Origin: Eledone cirrhosa
Taxonomy: Eukaryota
NCBI GenBank assembly: GCA_964016885.1
Contig: OZ024746.1
Location: forward strand, 47,430,001-47,494,000
DNA length: 64,000 nucleotides
Reading direction: 5' to 3'
The notes beneath the pieces were generated by a model, which saw only the letters and a list, made by a program, of their open reading frames with translations, searched no databases and was not told the DNA's origin. The stretch's first letter is position 1; the number at the start of each line of letters is the position of its first letter. This document shows positions 28,001 through 40,149 of the stretch, piece by piece. Position numbers and translations under genes: made by a program.

Positions 28001-30262
28001 GAAAACAATTCGAGTGAATGTGGAAATACACATATCGAATTAGAGTGCTCAATAGACATGTTAAAATAAAACAAAAGCTATTCATCACTCAATAGAATCG
28101 ACAAAAAATGAGCAATAAAATTAACTGGTGGATAGCTATGTCCAGAGCTAAATATATTAGAAAGATCGAGTATCGAAAAATTGGCGCACGAGTTCACGAT
28201 AAACGAAATTCGATATGAGCGGCAGAGGGCTCAATAATTCAGATGAATCAGAGCTATAACTATCGTTAAAATACCGTCACATATAGAACAAGTCTACAAT
28301 CAACCATACGATTTAAAATCGATAAAGGAAGATTCGGGCCAAACAGATAAAAAATATCAATAAAACAATACGTCAATAATTTAAATGAATGTAAAATCAT
28401 ACCCGGACCCACTAGACAGGTGTTAAATCTAGCTTCATGGGTTTCTGTAAATCCTTAGACTGTACTCTATCAGCTCACATATAAATATAAAAGCCTACTA
28501 GAGCAAGTGGAACGGAGGTTTACGTTATCAACGAGTTTTTTCCTGGCGGCAGAGGAGCCAACTACCAGTGAAAAACGCACATGGCATTAGACAAGGGAGA
28601 TGACCCCTATATCCGCGAAAACAATTCGAGTGAATGTGGAAATACACATATCGAATTAGAGTGCTCAATAGACATGTTAAAATAAAACAAAAGCTATTCA
28701 TCACTCAATAGAATCGACAAAAAATGAGCAATAAAATTAACTGGTGGATAGCTATGTCCAGAGCTAAATATATTAGAAAGATCGAGTATCGAAAAATCGG
28801 CGCACGAGTTCACGATAAACGAAATTCGATATGAGCGGCAGAGGGCTCAATAATTCAGATGAATCAGAGCTATAACTATCGTTAAAATACCGTCACATAT
28901 AGAACAAGTCTACAATCAACCATACGATTTAAAATCGATAAAGGAAGATTCGGGCCAAACAGATAAAAAATATCAATAAAACAATACGTCAATAATTTAA
29001 ATGAATGTAAAATCATACCCGGACCCACTAGACAGGTGTTAAATCTAGCTTCATGGGTTTCTGTAAATCCTTAGACTGTACTCTATCAGCTCACATATAA
29101 ATATAAAAGCCTACTAGAGCAAGTGGAACGGAGGTTTACGTCATCAACGAGTTTTTTCCTGGCGGCAGAGGAGCCAACTACCAGTGAAAAACGCACATGG
29201 CATTAGACAAGGGAGATGACCCCTATATCCGCGAAAACAATTCGAGTGAATGTGGAAATACACATATCGAATTAGAGTGCTCAATAGACATGTTAAAATA
29301 AAACAAAAGCTATTCATCACTCAATAGAATCGACAAAAAATGAGCAATAAAATTAACTGGTGGATAGCTATGTCCAGAGCTAAATATATTAGAAAGATCG
29401 AGTATCGAAAAATCGGCGCACGAGTTCACGATAAACGAAATTCGATATGAGCGGCAGAGGGCTCAATAATTCAGATGAATCAGAGCTATAACTATCGTTA
29501 AAATACCGTCACATATAGAACAAGTCTACAATCAACCATACGATTTAAAATCGATGAAGGAAGATTCGGGCCAAACAGATAAAAAATATCAATAAAACAA
29601 TACGTCAATAATTTAAATGAATGTAAAATCATACCCGGACCCACTAGACAGGTGTTAAATCTAGCTTCATGGGTTTCTGTAAATCCTTAGACTGTACTCT
29701 ATCAGCTCACATATAAATATAAAAGCCTACTAGAGCAAGTGGAACGGAGGTTTACGTTATCAACGAGTTTTTTCCTGGCGGCAGAGGAGCCAACTACCAG
29801 TGAAAAACGCACATGGCATTAGACAAGGGAGATGACCCCTATATCCGCGAAAACAATTCGAGTGAATGTGGAAATACACATATCGAATTAGAGTGCTCAA
29901 TAGACATGTTAAAATAAAACAAAAGCTATTCATCACTCAATAGAATCGACAAAAAATGAGCAATAAAATTAACTGGTGGATAGCTATGTCCAGAGCTAAA
30001 TATATTAGAAAGATCGAGTATCGAAAAATCGGCGCACGAGTTCACGATAAACGAAATTCGATATGAGCGGCAGAGGGCTCAATAATTCAGATGAATCAGA
30101 GCTATAACTATCGTTAAAATACCGTCACATATAGAACAAGTCTACAATCAACCATACGATTTAAAATCGATAAAGGAAGATTCGGGCCAAACAGATAAAA
30201 AATATCAATAAAACAATACGTCAATAATTTAAATGAATGTAAAATCATACCCGGACCCACTA

Positions 30263-30266
<4 letters not shown>
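21998..30266 (-). repeat. Tandem array of a 616-bp unit (~13.4 near-identical copies) inserted in (TA)n; retrozyme-like
   Basis: aaagatcgag recurs at 22001, 22617, 23233 ... 30009. Only a few SNPs separate the units, there is no ORF, and each unit has one variant hammerhead on the minus strand. Confidence 0.97.
22241..22376 (-). ncRNA. U3-A8 variant type I hammerhead with giant stem II (first of 13 copies, period 616)
   Basis: ACUCG-UUGAUAA-C-GUAAA-CCU..60 nt..AGG-A-UUUAC-A-GAAA-CCCA..CUAGA..UCUAG-UGGG-UC/CGGGU. All three helices pair around the core, and the triplet is GUC. Confidence 0.72.
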
Positions 30267-30357
<91 letters not shown>

Positions 30358-31293
30358 TTCTCTCCATCTCTCTCCCTCTCTCTGCTAAGATAACATTCTC
30401 ATATCGCAAGCTATATGGTGTGATATGTGGCTAGAAAACGACAATTGCTTTCTATAGAAGGTTAGTAGAAGGTATGGCCTAGAAGCAGCTCTTGGCGTTG
30501 GCAAGGGCAGTCTGAAGAGACTCTTCTGGAGGACTTTCAAGTCGGGATTTATGGACAATTCCTCAAACTTCTTGGCGTGGCAGTGCTACAGAGAGGCTCT
30601 ATCAGTTCAAGACAAGCTCTACAGACACGGAAGGACCAACAACCAGACCAGTCCGTGATGCATCGCATGCTATAGCCCTGTGTCTATGCATTGCAGACTT
30701 GTGAGCTTGTGTCGAACAACTGATATTACGTGCAGAGCAGATCCGCCTATCGGCCGTGTCTCTAGGGAAGAGTGAGTCCCCAACTTCCTTTTGGAGAGAA
30801 GCACGGCAAGTCCCCTTCTGTCTGCTAGCTACAGTAAAGGAAGATGTATGGTGAACGCGTTTAAAAGGATCGAGGACAGGAATTTTTCTCTCCGACCAAA
30901 ACCTCATCAATTTCTTCAAGTTTCATTTGAAGATGATAAAGGTGAGGGGGGAGAGGGAGGCACCGCCTTCTAGTATGTTTTATGAAAGATGAGTGAGAGC
31001 GATGAAATTGAAAGCAGATGGAAAGGACCAGGAGAAGGCATTTTTAAGGCCCTTGAGGCATTGTATGGGGTTCTCCGTAGCCATGAATTGGGCCCTATTT
31101 TATGTACTGTTAGCCAGAGCTAGCCTGGGGATCAATATATATAAATATTTCCTATGATTTTACGTAGTTATTCAAGTAAATTTCCACAAAGAAAAATATT
31201 TGTGAAACCATTGTATATGGATTTAAAGATGTTGTTCAAAGTTATTGTTGCACATATATAAACATTAAATAGATATATGATATATGACATATA

Positions 31294-31465
<172 letters not shown>

Positions 31466-31781
31466 AATGTCTTTAAATCTATACAACTATTTCACACATC
31501 ATTTCTTAATAGAAATCTACTTGAATATGTATGTAAAAATCATAGAATATATTTTCACAGGAAATATTTCCTGTTGTGATGTATGTGAATATGGAAGATC
31601 ATTTGCCAACCATAAGTATGAATTTTGAGAGATACTTAGAGAAGTTTAACCCTCTTACTATTTATCTGATAATTAAGCTTTGTTCTTAATGCTGACCAAA
31701 GAATTACTTACCAGGGACTTTCCTTAAAAATATAACAGTGAGCTACAGTGTAAAAAAATAAATTTCAGTATTTTAACACCT

Positions 31782-31824
<43 letters not shown>

Positions 31825-31908
31825 AGTTCCAGGCCCAGCTAGCTCCTGCTGTATCTGGAATGTGGCCTCCATATCTTAAAGAAGAAGAAGAAGAAGAAGA
31901 AGAAGAAG

Positions 31909-31953
<45 letters not shown>

Positions 31954-33168
31954 CACAACAACAACAACAATAACAATATTCTGGTATTCGTTCCGGCTCT
32001 GTTCTCTGAGTTCAAATCCCGCCGAGGTTAACTTTGTCTTTCATCCTTTCAAGGTCGATACAAAAAGTACCAGTCTAGTACTAGGGTCCATTCTTTTTTC
32101 CTCTATATCTTTTTCTCACTTCCTATCCTTCACTGGAAGAAATCTGCTGTGTTCAGACCTGGAAAGAAGTTACAGGACCATACTATACCATACCGTACCC
32201 AAGTTTTTACGAATTAAATGAGTTTCACGAAGAGAAGTCATAGGAACACAAATGGATGCATTTGAAGCATCAGGATGAGTTGTTATACAAATGTTGTCGT
32301 CTATTTTAAATAAAATATCCGCAATTATCGTTCTTGTCTACCTTACTTAATTGTATTTTCTCCTGTCTCCTGCAAACTTATTGTGTGTGAGTGTGGTTGG
32401 GGTGTATACAAACATACAGTCGTACGTTCACAATTGTGCATTTCTGCTATGTCTCTAGCATTCGTATAATTGAAATGTTTAACAATATATCCAAATCTAT
32501 ATTCCATGCAGTTTTCCTTACTAGATATCTAGCTAAATAATTACGTATCAATGAAATAGTGATCCATATATATATGTATCATAGACACGACATTTTTACC
32601 TACAAATGTATAATGAACACATTAATCTTGTAGGATATAAAATCATAGACGTATATATCGTATAATATATGTGTATGATGAAAGATGCGTGGGTGTTTTT
32701 AATAGCCTACCAATATATTCTTCACATTTTAGCTTGAATAAGCAAATTATGTTGTGTCTAGCAATTATTGCAGCCAAATAAATATGTGGGACTTTTAGCA
32801 CTAGTATTTTTAATATGCTTCTTATCATATTTTACCGTATCTGTCGTCAATAAACTCTTGTACTTAACAAAATATCTAATTTTAATGAATCACAAGATTT
32901 TGAGTAAAAAATAGTAAAGTTTCAATTATTTCTAAGAATAAACTTTGAAGACAATATAATTTCACCTTCATATATTTATTTTATATCTAAATCCAAAAGC
33001 ACAAGTTTATAAAAAACGAAAAAGATATTGGAAGCAAAATCAGCTAGATTAGCCACACGGTTCCGGGTTCGGACTAAACTGGGCAGCACCTTGAACAACT
33101 TTCTTCTACTATATATATATAGGTTAAGGGGGAAAGCAGCGATTCTTTGCTTAAACTTTAATCTGTTA

Positions 33169-33219
<51 letters not shown>

Positions 33220-33321
33220 CGTTTTTGAAATTGTTTTGCGAGATTTCTTATCTGAAAACGTGTGTTGAAACAGATATTGTAACATGACCCGCCGAAAGTA
33301 TATATATATATATATATATAT

Positions 33322-33437
33322 AAGTTGAAAAATGAAAACGAAATTTCATTTCTCACTCTTAGTATGGCACTTACTTAAATGTAAGTATGTATGTATGTAT
33401 ACGTACATACATATATGTATACAGACGTACAGTAGCA

Positions 33438-33514
<77 letters not shown>

Positions 33515-33952
33515 GCATACAGGTACACATACATATATGCACGCATCAGTTTAGCCGACGTTTATTATAACGCCTGCTTTGTTCGTTTGTTTGTCAACAA
33601 ATCGAACAGCCTGAATTTATGCCATACGTTGTTAAGGCAACCACGTCACCTTTTTGTTCAACACTGACACAGGAAGGATGTACTAGTTTCAAGCTTGTTA
33701 GCTATCATCAGCACCGTTTACCCATCTGCCAGATAGTTGAACGTTCGAAAGTATATACTTTCCTTATGAAAATTAACGGCTGAGCAGCCTAATTTGCATA
33801 TTGAGTGAGTTAAATCGGTCAGGCATACCGAAAACGATAAGTTGAAAAAAATGAAAACGAAATTTCATTTCTCACTCTTAGTATGGCACTTACTTAAATG
33901 TAAGTATGTATGTATACGTACATACATATATGTATACAGACGTACAGTAGCA

Positions 33953-34042
<90 letters not shown>

Positions 34043-34530
34043 TATACACATATGCATACAGGTACACATACATATATGCACGCATCAGTTTAGCCGACGT
34101 TTATTATAACGCCTGCTTTGTTCGTTTGTTTGTCAACAAATCGAACAGCCTGAATTTATGCCATACGGTGTTAAGAGTGAGAAATGAAATTTCGTTTTCA
34201 TTTTTTTTCAACTTATCGTTTTCGGTATGCCTGACCGATTTAACTCACTCAATATGCAAATTAGGCTGCTCAGCCGTTAATTTTCATAAGGAAAGTATAT
34301 ACTTTCGAACGTTCAACTATCTGGCAGATGGGTAAACGGTGCTGATGATAGCTAACAAGCTTGAAACTAGTACATCGTTCCTGTGTCAGTGTTGAACAAA
34401 AAGGTGACGTGGTTGCCTTAAAACCGTATGGCATAAATTCAGGCTGTTCGATTTGTTGACGAACAAAGCAGGCGTTATAATAAACGTCGGCTAAACTGAT
34501 GCGTGCATATATGTATGTGTACCTGTATGC

Positions 34531-34571
<41 letters not shown>

Positions 34572-35020
34572 TGCTACTGTACGTCTGTATACATATATGT
34601 ATGTACGTATACATACATACTTACATTTAAGTAAGTGCCATACTAAGAGTGAGAAATGAAATTTCGCTTTCATTTTTTTCAACTTATCGTTTTCGGTATG
34701 CCTGACCGATTTAACTCACTCAATATGCAAATTAGGCTGCTCAGCCGTTAATTTTCATAAGGAAAGTATATACTTTCGAACGTTCAACTATCTGGCAGAT
34801 GGGTAAACGGTGCTGATGATAACTAACAAGCTTGAAACTAGTACATCGTTCCTGTGTCAGTGTTGAACAAAAAGGTGACGTGGTTGCCTTAACACCGTAT
34901 GGCATAAATTCAGGCTGTTCGATTTGTTGACGAACAAACGAACAAAGCTGGCGTTATAATAAACGTCGGCTAAACTGATGCGTGCATATATGTATGTGTA
35001 CCTGTATGCATATGTGTATA

Positions 35021-35116
<96 letters not shown>

Positions 35117-35170
35117 TGCTACTGTACGTCTGTATACATATATGTATGTACGTATACATACATACTTACA
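33322..35170 (+). mobile_element. Tandem + inverted array of a ~470-520-bp hammerhead-bearing unit with an internal (TA)n tract
   Basis: The left arm (33322-34172) is inverted relative to the right arm. HHRs lie at 33674-33718 (-), 34335-34379 (+) and 34806-34850 (+). Confidence 0.9.
34335..34379 (+). ncRNA. Type I hammerhead ribozyme
   Basis: AACGGUG-CUGAUGA-U-AGCU-aaca-AGCU-U-GAAAC-ua-GUA-CAUCGUU. Stem I is 7 bp, and stem III is the palindrome ACUAGU. Confidence 0.9.
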
Positions 35171-35189
35171 TATATATATATATATATAT

Positions 35190-37964
35190 AAATTGGAATA
35201 AATGCTCTGAAATAGCGATATATATGTGAATATAGACATAGAATATTCGAAAATATTCTGTATGTTTATAATAAACATTTTGAAGACCTAATCGCTATAG
35301 AATAGAATACGTCACGTATTACAATTAGATTCTCGATAAAAGCAAGGGAAGTAATCTACGCGTTTCATTCTTGTTAGAAATCATCAGGACTACATATCCA
35401 GTGCTTTTATCGAGAATGACACAGCTAGAGACTTATAGAATACTTAGCTGTGTACAGGAACTGGTTTGAAAGAGCGGTTGCCGGTCCGGCAGAAATTAGA
35501 AATTGGAATAAATGCTCTGAAATAGCGATATATATGTGAATATAGACATAGAATATTCGAAAATATTCTGTATGTTTATAATAAACATTTTGAAGACCTA
35601 ATCGCTATAGAATAGAATACGTCACGTATTACAATTAGATTCTCGATAAAAGCAAGGGAAGTAATCTACGCGTTTCATTCTTGTTAGAAATCATCAGGAC
35701 TACATATCCAGTGCTTTTATCGAGAATGACACAGCTAGAGACTTATAGAATACTTAGCTGTGTACAGGAACTGGTTTGAAAGAGCGGTTGCCGGTCCGGC
35801 AGAAATTAGAAATTGGAATAAATGCTCTGAAATAGCGAATTTCTGCCGGACCGGCAACCGCTCTTTCAAACCAGTTCCTGTACACAGCTAAGTATTCTAT
35901 AAGTCTCTAGCTGTGTCATTCTCGATAAAAGCACTGGATATGTAGTCCTGATGATTTCTAACAAGAATGAAACGCGTAGATTACTTCCCTTGCTTTTATC
36001 GAGAATCTAATTGTAATACGTGACGTATTCTATTCTATAGCGATTAGGTCTTCAAAATGTTTATTATAAACATACAGAATATTTTCGAATATTCTATGTC
36101 TATATTCACATATATATCGCTATTTCAGAGCATTTATTCCAATTTCTAATTTCTGCCGGACCGGCAACCGCTCTTTCAAACCAGTTCCTGTACACAGCTA
36201 AGTATTCTATAAGTCTCTAGCTGTGTCATTCTCGATAAAAGCACTGGATATGTAGTCCTGATGATTTCTAACAAGAATGAAACGCGTAGATTACTTCCCT
36301 TGCTTTTATCGAGAATCTAATTGTAATACGTGACGTATTCTATTCTATAGCGATTAGGTCTTCAAAATGTTTATTATAAACATACAGAATATTTTCGAAT
36401 ATTCTATGTCTATATTCACATATATATCGCTATTTCAGAGCATTTATTCCAATTTCTAATTTCTGCCGGACCGGCAACCGCTCTTTCAAACCAGTTCCTG
36501 TACACAGCTAAGTATTCTATAAGTCTCTAGCTGTGTCATTCTCGATAAAAGCACTGGATATGTAGTCCTGATGATTTCTAACAAGAATGAAACGCGTAGA
36601 TTACTTCCCTTGCTTTTATCGAGAATCTAATTGTAATACGTGACGTATTCTATTCTATAGCGATTAGGTCTTCAAAATGTTTATTATAAACATACAGAAT
36701 ATTTTTGAATATTCTATGTCTATATTCACATATATATCGCTATTTCAGAGCATTTATTCCAATTTCTAATTTCTGCCGGACCGGCAACCGCTCTTTCAAA
36801 CCAGTTCCTGTACACAGCTAAGTATTCTATAAGTCTCTAGCTGTGTCATTCTCGATAAAAGCACTGGATATGTAGTCCTGATGATTTCTAACAAGAATGA
36901 AACGCGTAGATTACTTCCCTTGCTTTTATCGAGAATCTAATTGTAATACGTGACGTATTCTATTCTATAGCGATTAGGTCTTCAAAATGTTTATTATAAA
37001 CATACAGAATATTTTCGAATATTCTATGTCTATATTCACATATATATCGCTATTTCAGAGCATTTATTCCAATTTCTAATTTCTGCCGGACCGGCAACCG
37101 CTCTTTCAAACCAGTTCCTGTACACAGCTAAGTATTCTATAAGTCTCTAGCTGTGTCATTCTCGATAAAAGCACTGGATATGTAGTCCTGATGATTTCTA
37201 ACAAGAATGAAACGCGTAGATTACTTCCCTTGCTTTTATCGAGAATCTAATTGTAATACGTGACGTATTCTATTCTATAGCGATTAGGTCTTCAAAATGT
37301 TTATTATAAACATACAGAATATTTTCGAATATTCTATGTCTATATTCACATATATATCGCTATTTCAGAGCATTTATTCCAATTTCTAATTTCTGCCGGA
37401 CCGGCAACCGCTCTTTCAAACCAGTTCCTGTACACAGCTAAGTATTCTATAAGTCTCTAGCTGTGTCATTCTCGATAAAAGCACTGGATATGTAGTCCTG
37501 ATGATTTCTAACAAGAATGAAACGCGTAGATTACTTCCCTTGCTTTTATCGAGAATCTAATTGTAATACGTGACGTATTCTATTCTATAGCGATTAGGTC
37601 TTCAAAATGTTTATTATAAACATACAGAATATTTTCGAATATTCTATGTCTATATTCACATATATATCGCTATTTCAGAGCATTTATTCCAATTTCTAAT
37701 TTCTGCCGGACCGGCAACCGCTCTTTCAAACCAGTTCCTGTACACAGCTAAGTATTCTATAAGTCTCTAGCTGTGTCATTCTCGATAAAAGCACTGGATA
37801 TGTAGTCCTGATGATTTCTAACAAGAATGAAACGCGTAGATTACTTCCCTTGCTTTTATCGAGAATCTAATTGTAATACGTGACGTATTCTATTCTATAG
37901 CGATTAGGTCTTCAAAATGTTTATTATAAACATACAGAATATTTTCGAATATTCTATGTCTATA

Positions 37965-37969
<5 letters not shown>
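35190..37969 (+). mobile_element. Non-LTR retrozyme-like array: 310-bp unit, ~2 inverted + ~7 direct copies, in (TA)n
   Basis: Period 310 (aattggaata at 35191, 35501, 35811), inversion junction near 35837, and one hammerhead per unit. Confidence 0.93.
35942..35984 (+). ncRNA. Type I hammerhead ribozyme (also at 36252, 36562, 36872, 37182, 37492, 37802; minus copies at 35351-35393 and 35661-35703)
   Basis: GUAGUC-CUGAUGA-U-UUCU-aaca-AGAA-U-GAAAC-gc-GUA-GAUUAC. Stem III is the palindrome ACGCGU, and stem I is extended by the 16-bp helix AUUCUCGAUAAAAGCA/UGCUUUUAUCGAGAAU. Confidence 0.92.
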
Positions 37970-38017
<48 letters not shown>

Positions 38018-38025
38018 ATAAATTA

Positions 38026-38065
<40 letters not shown>

Positions 38066-38116
38066 GAAGAGTGAAGAATAACATGGTCAACAGTACAAAA
38101 AGGGTTTTACTTACAG

Positions 38117-38218
38117 TATTAACAATTGTTTCATTGATTAGGATGTCAAAAGATTGCTAATCACTCGAAGTTGTGTCACCCAATCTTAAATACAGTATAT
38201 TCCTAATCAAATCATCAT
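38117..38218 (-). ncRNA. Hammerhead with long stem II, 5'-truncated at the core by an inversion
   Basis: (A)UGAUGA-U-UUGAUUAGGA..UCCUAAUCAA-U-GAAAC-aauu-GUU. The fold-back junction is near 38219, and the 5' arm of stem I is lost. Confidence 0.65.
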
Positions 38219-38341
38219 TCCGATGATTTGATTAGGCATATACTGTATTTATATATATATACTTTCGGCGGGTCATGTTTCAATATCTGATTCAACATAC
38301 GTTTTCAGATAAGAAATCTCGCAAAACAATTTCAAAAACGA

Positions 38342-38412
<71 letters not shown>

Positions 38413-38415
<3 letters not shown>

Positions 38416-38775
38416 AAAAAGAGATGAAATCGAAAATGCAACTGGAGTCTTATTTTTTTTTTAAATATATATATTTATTTGGTTCCTTTACCGGTTTCGC
38501 AGTTCTTCTGCTTTTCAAAAGGTGAGTTGAGATGGAGGGTCTGTGGTTTTTCTCACATCTGATGTGAGAAAAACCACAGACCCTCCATCTCAACTCACCT
38601 TTTGAAAAGCAGAAGAACTGCGAAACCGGTAACGGAACCAAATAAATATATATATATTTTTTTTAAATAAGACTCCAGTTGCATTTTCGATTTCATCTCT
38701 TTTTCTTTATACTTTCACTCGTGTAGGACACCTCGGTTATTTTTCATTTTGTAAAAAAAAACCTCACTTTCTAAT
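38413..38775 (+). mobile_element. Fold-back pLTR element with two U3-A8 hammerheads (38485-38522 minus, 38598-38635 plus)
   Basis: Near-perfect ~145-bp-arm palindrome centred near 38560. Motif CCUU-UUGAAAA-GCAG-aagaa-CUGC-GAAAC-cg-GUA-AAGG. The element ends ctttctaa(ta)n. Confidence 0.85.
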
Positions 38776-40149
38776 ATATATATATATATATGTCTGATTT
38801 TTACCAAGACGTTCTAGATTATATTCACTCCGTTTATATTCGACTTTGCATTATACTGTCTTGGCCAGTAATATTTTTTCAGTTTTATGGTGGCACGTAA
38901 TATATTTTTCCCTTTTATATTTTGCCCTAAGCTTTTTTAATCCGGAATTCTATTATTTCTTCCTCTGTTAGGGATATTCTCTAATTTATGATTTTATTTT
39001 TAAAATCAATCTTTTTTTTTTTCAAATATTTTATTTTATTTCAATTGTATTATGGTTTTGTAAACCAATTTATCAAGATTTTCCTTTAGAATTTTTCACT
39101 CAGTTTTTGCTTCATTTATTTCAAGCTTATTCTTAGTTGTCTATTTTCAGTTTGGCGTTGGCTTTTCTTTCTTTTTCTCTTGATAAGTTTTTTTTTTTAC
39201 TTTTCCTTTATATTATTACTGTACCTTTTCCTTCTTTCGTTTTTTTTTAACAAGGTTTTTATAACTTGTTTTATTCTTTGATTTTATTACCAGCTTTTTC
39301 GATTATTGTTAGGACCGTTTTATAAATTAGGTAATTTATATCAGTTTTATCAATTTCATTTTCTTTCCTAGCAATTATTGTAATGAGTTTTCTTTCGTTT
39401 CATTCGTGTTCTATTTTAAATGTTAAAAGGTATCTAACCGCTTGCAACCTTCTATGAATTGGCATACATATTATTTTTTTGATAGCTTCAATTTAATGTT
39501 TTGTTACATAATGTCTGATGAGTTACAATTATTACTATGCTTTTACAATTTATGCTGATACAGGTAACTTATGATATTGTTTTATGCTTTTTTATAGTAT
39601 CCGCTATAGTAGACCATATCTATCGATCAAAAGATGTTTCAATATCGATTTTAACAAAAGCTCAAGACATTTTGAGGACGGAGAAAAATCGATTCAGTCG
39701 ATCTCAACTAGTACCTATTTTATCGACCCCGAAAGAACATAAAGAGTCGTGTGAAAATACCGCAAGGTATTTCATCAGCTGTTTTACAATTCTACCAATC
39801 TTCTACCTTTTAAAACTATTTATATTCTGCACTTTTAGTCTATCGAGTGAGAAAACGTCACTGAAGGTAGATACAAATCCTCATACACTGGCGTTTGGCT
39901 ACAGAGGCAGCTGTGGCATAATCACAGCTTAAAATACCCATAGCGAGACTTATGTATGTTTACTATACAAACAAAAACATATTGTATGTGCTTTCATAAA
40001 ATTTACATTTCTTTTTTGGGGGGGGGATAATAACATTTTCAACTTTAAAGGACTGAAACAAGATTTAGAATTTTCAGTAAGCGAAGTAGGGCTATGCTAA
40101 AACTTTCAATATTGAATACACATTACTGTCTTTAGGTGAGGTAGGCCCC

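Noticed and set aside
21998-30266. Array as CRISPR, rDNA/5S/snRNA cluster or coding repeat
   Set aside because: There are no unique spacers, no recognisable rRNA/snRNA/tRNA sequence and no ORF of 60 aa or more.
30400-31135. GC-richer block with a 105-aa ORF
   Set aside because: No recognisable motifs and multiple stops. It is probably a decayed retroelement that I cannot classify.
33246-33285. CTGAAAA-cgtgtgtt-GAAAC..GTA (also ~18450-18485) as a hammerhead
   Set aside because: There is no 3-8 pair and stems I and II are weak, so it cannot be supported by eye.
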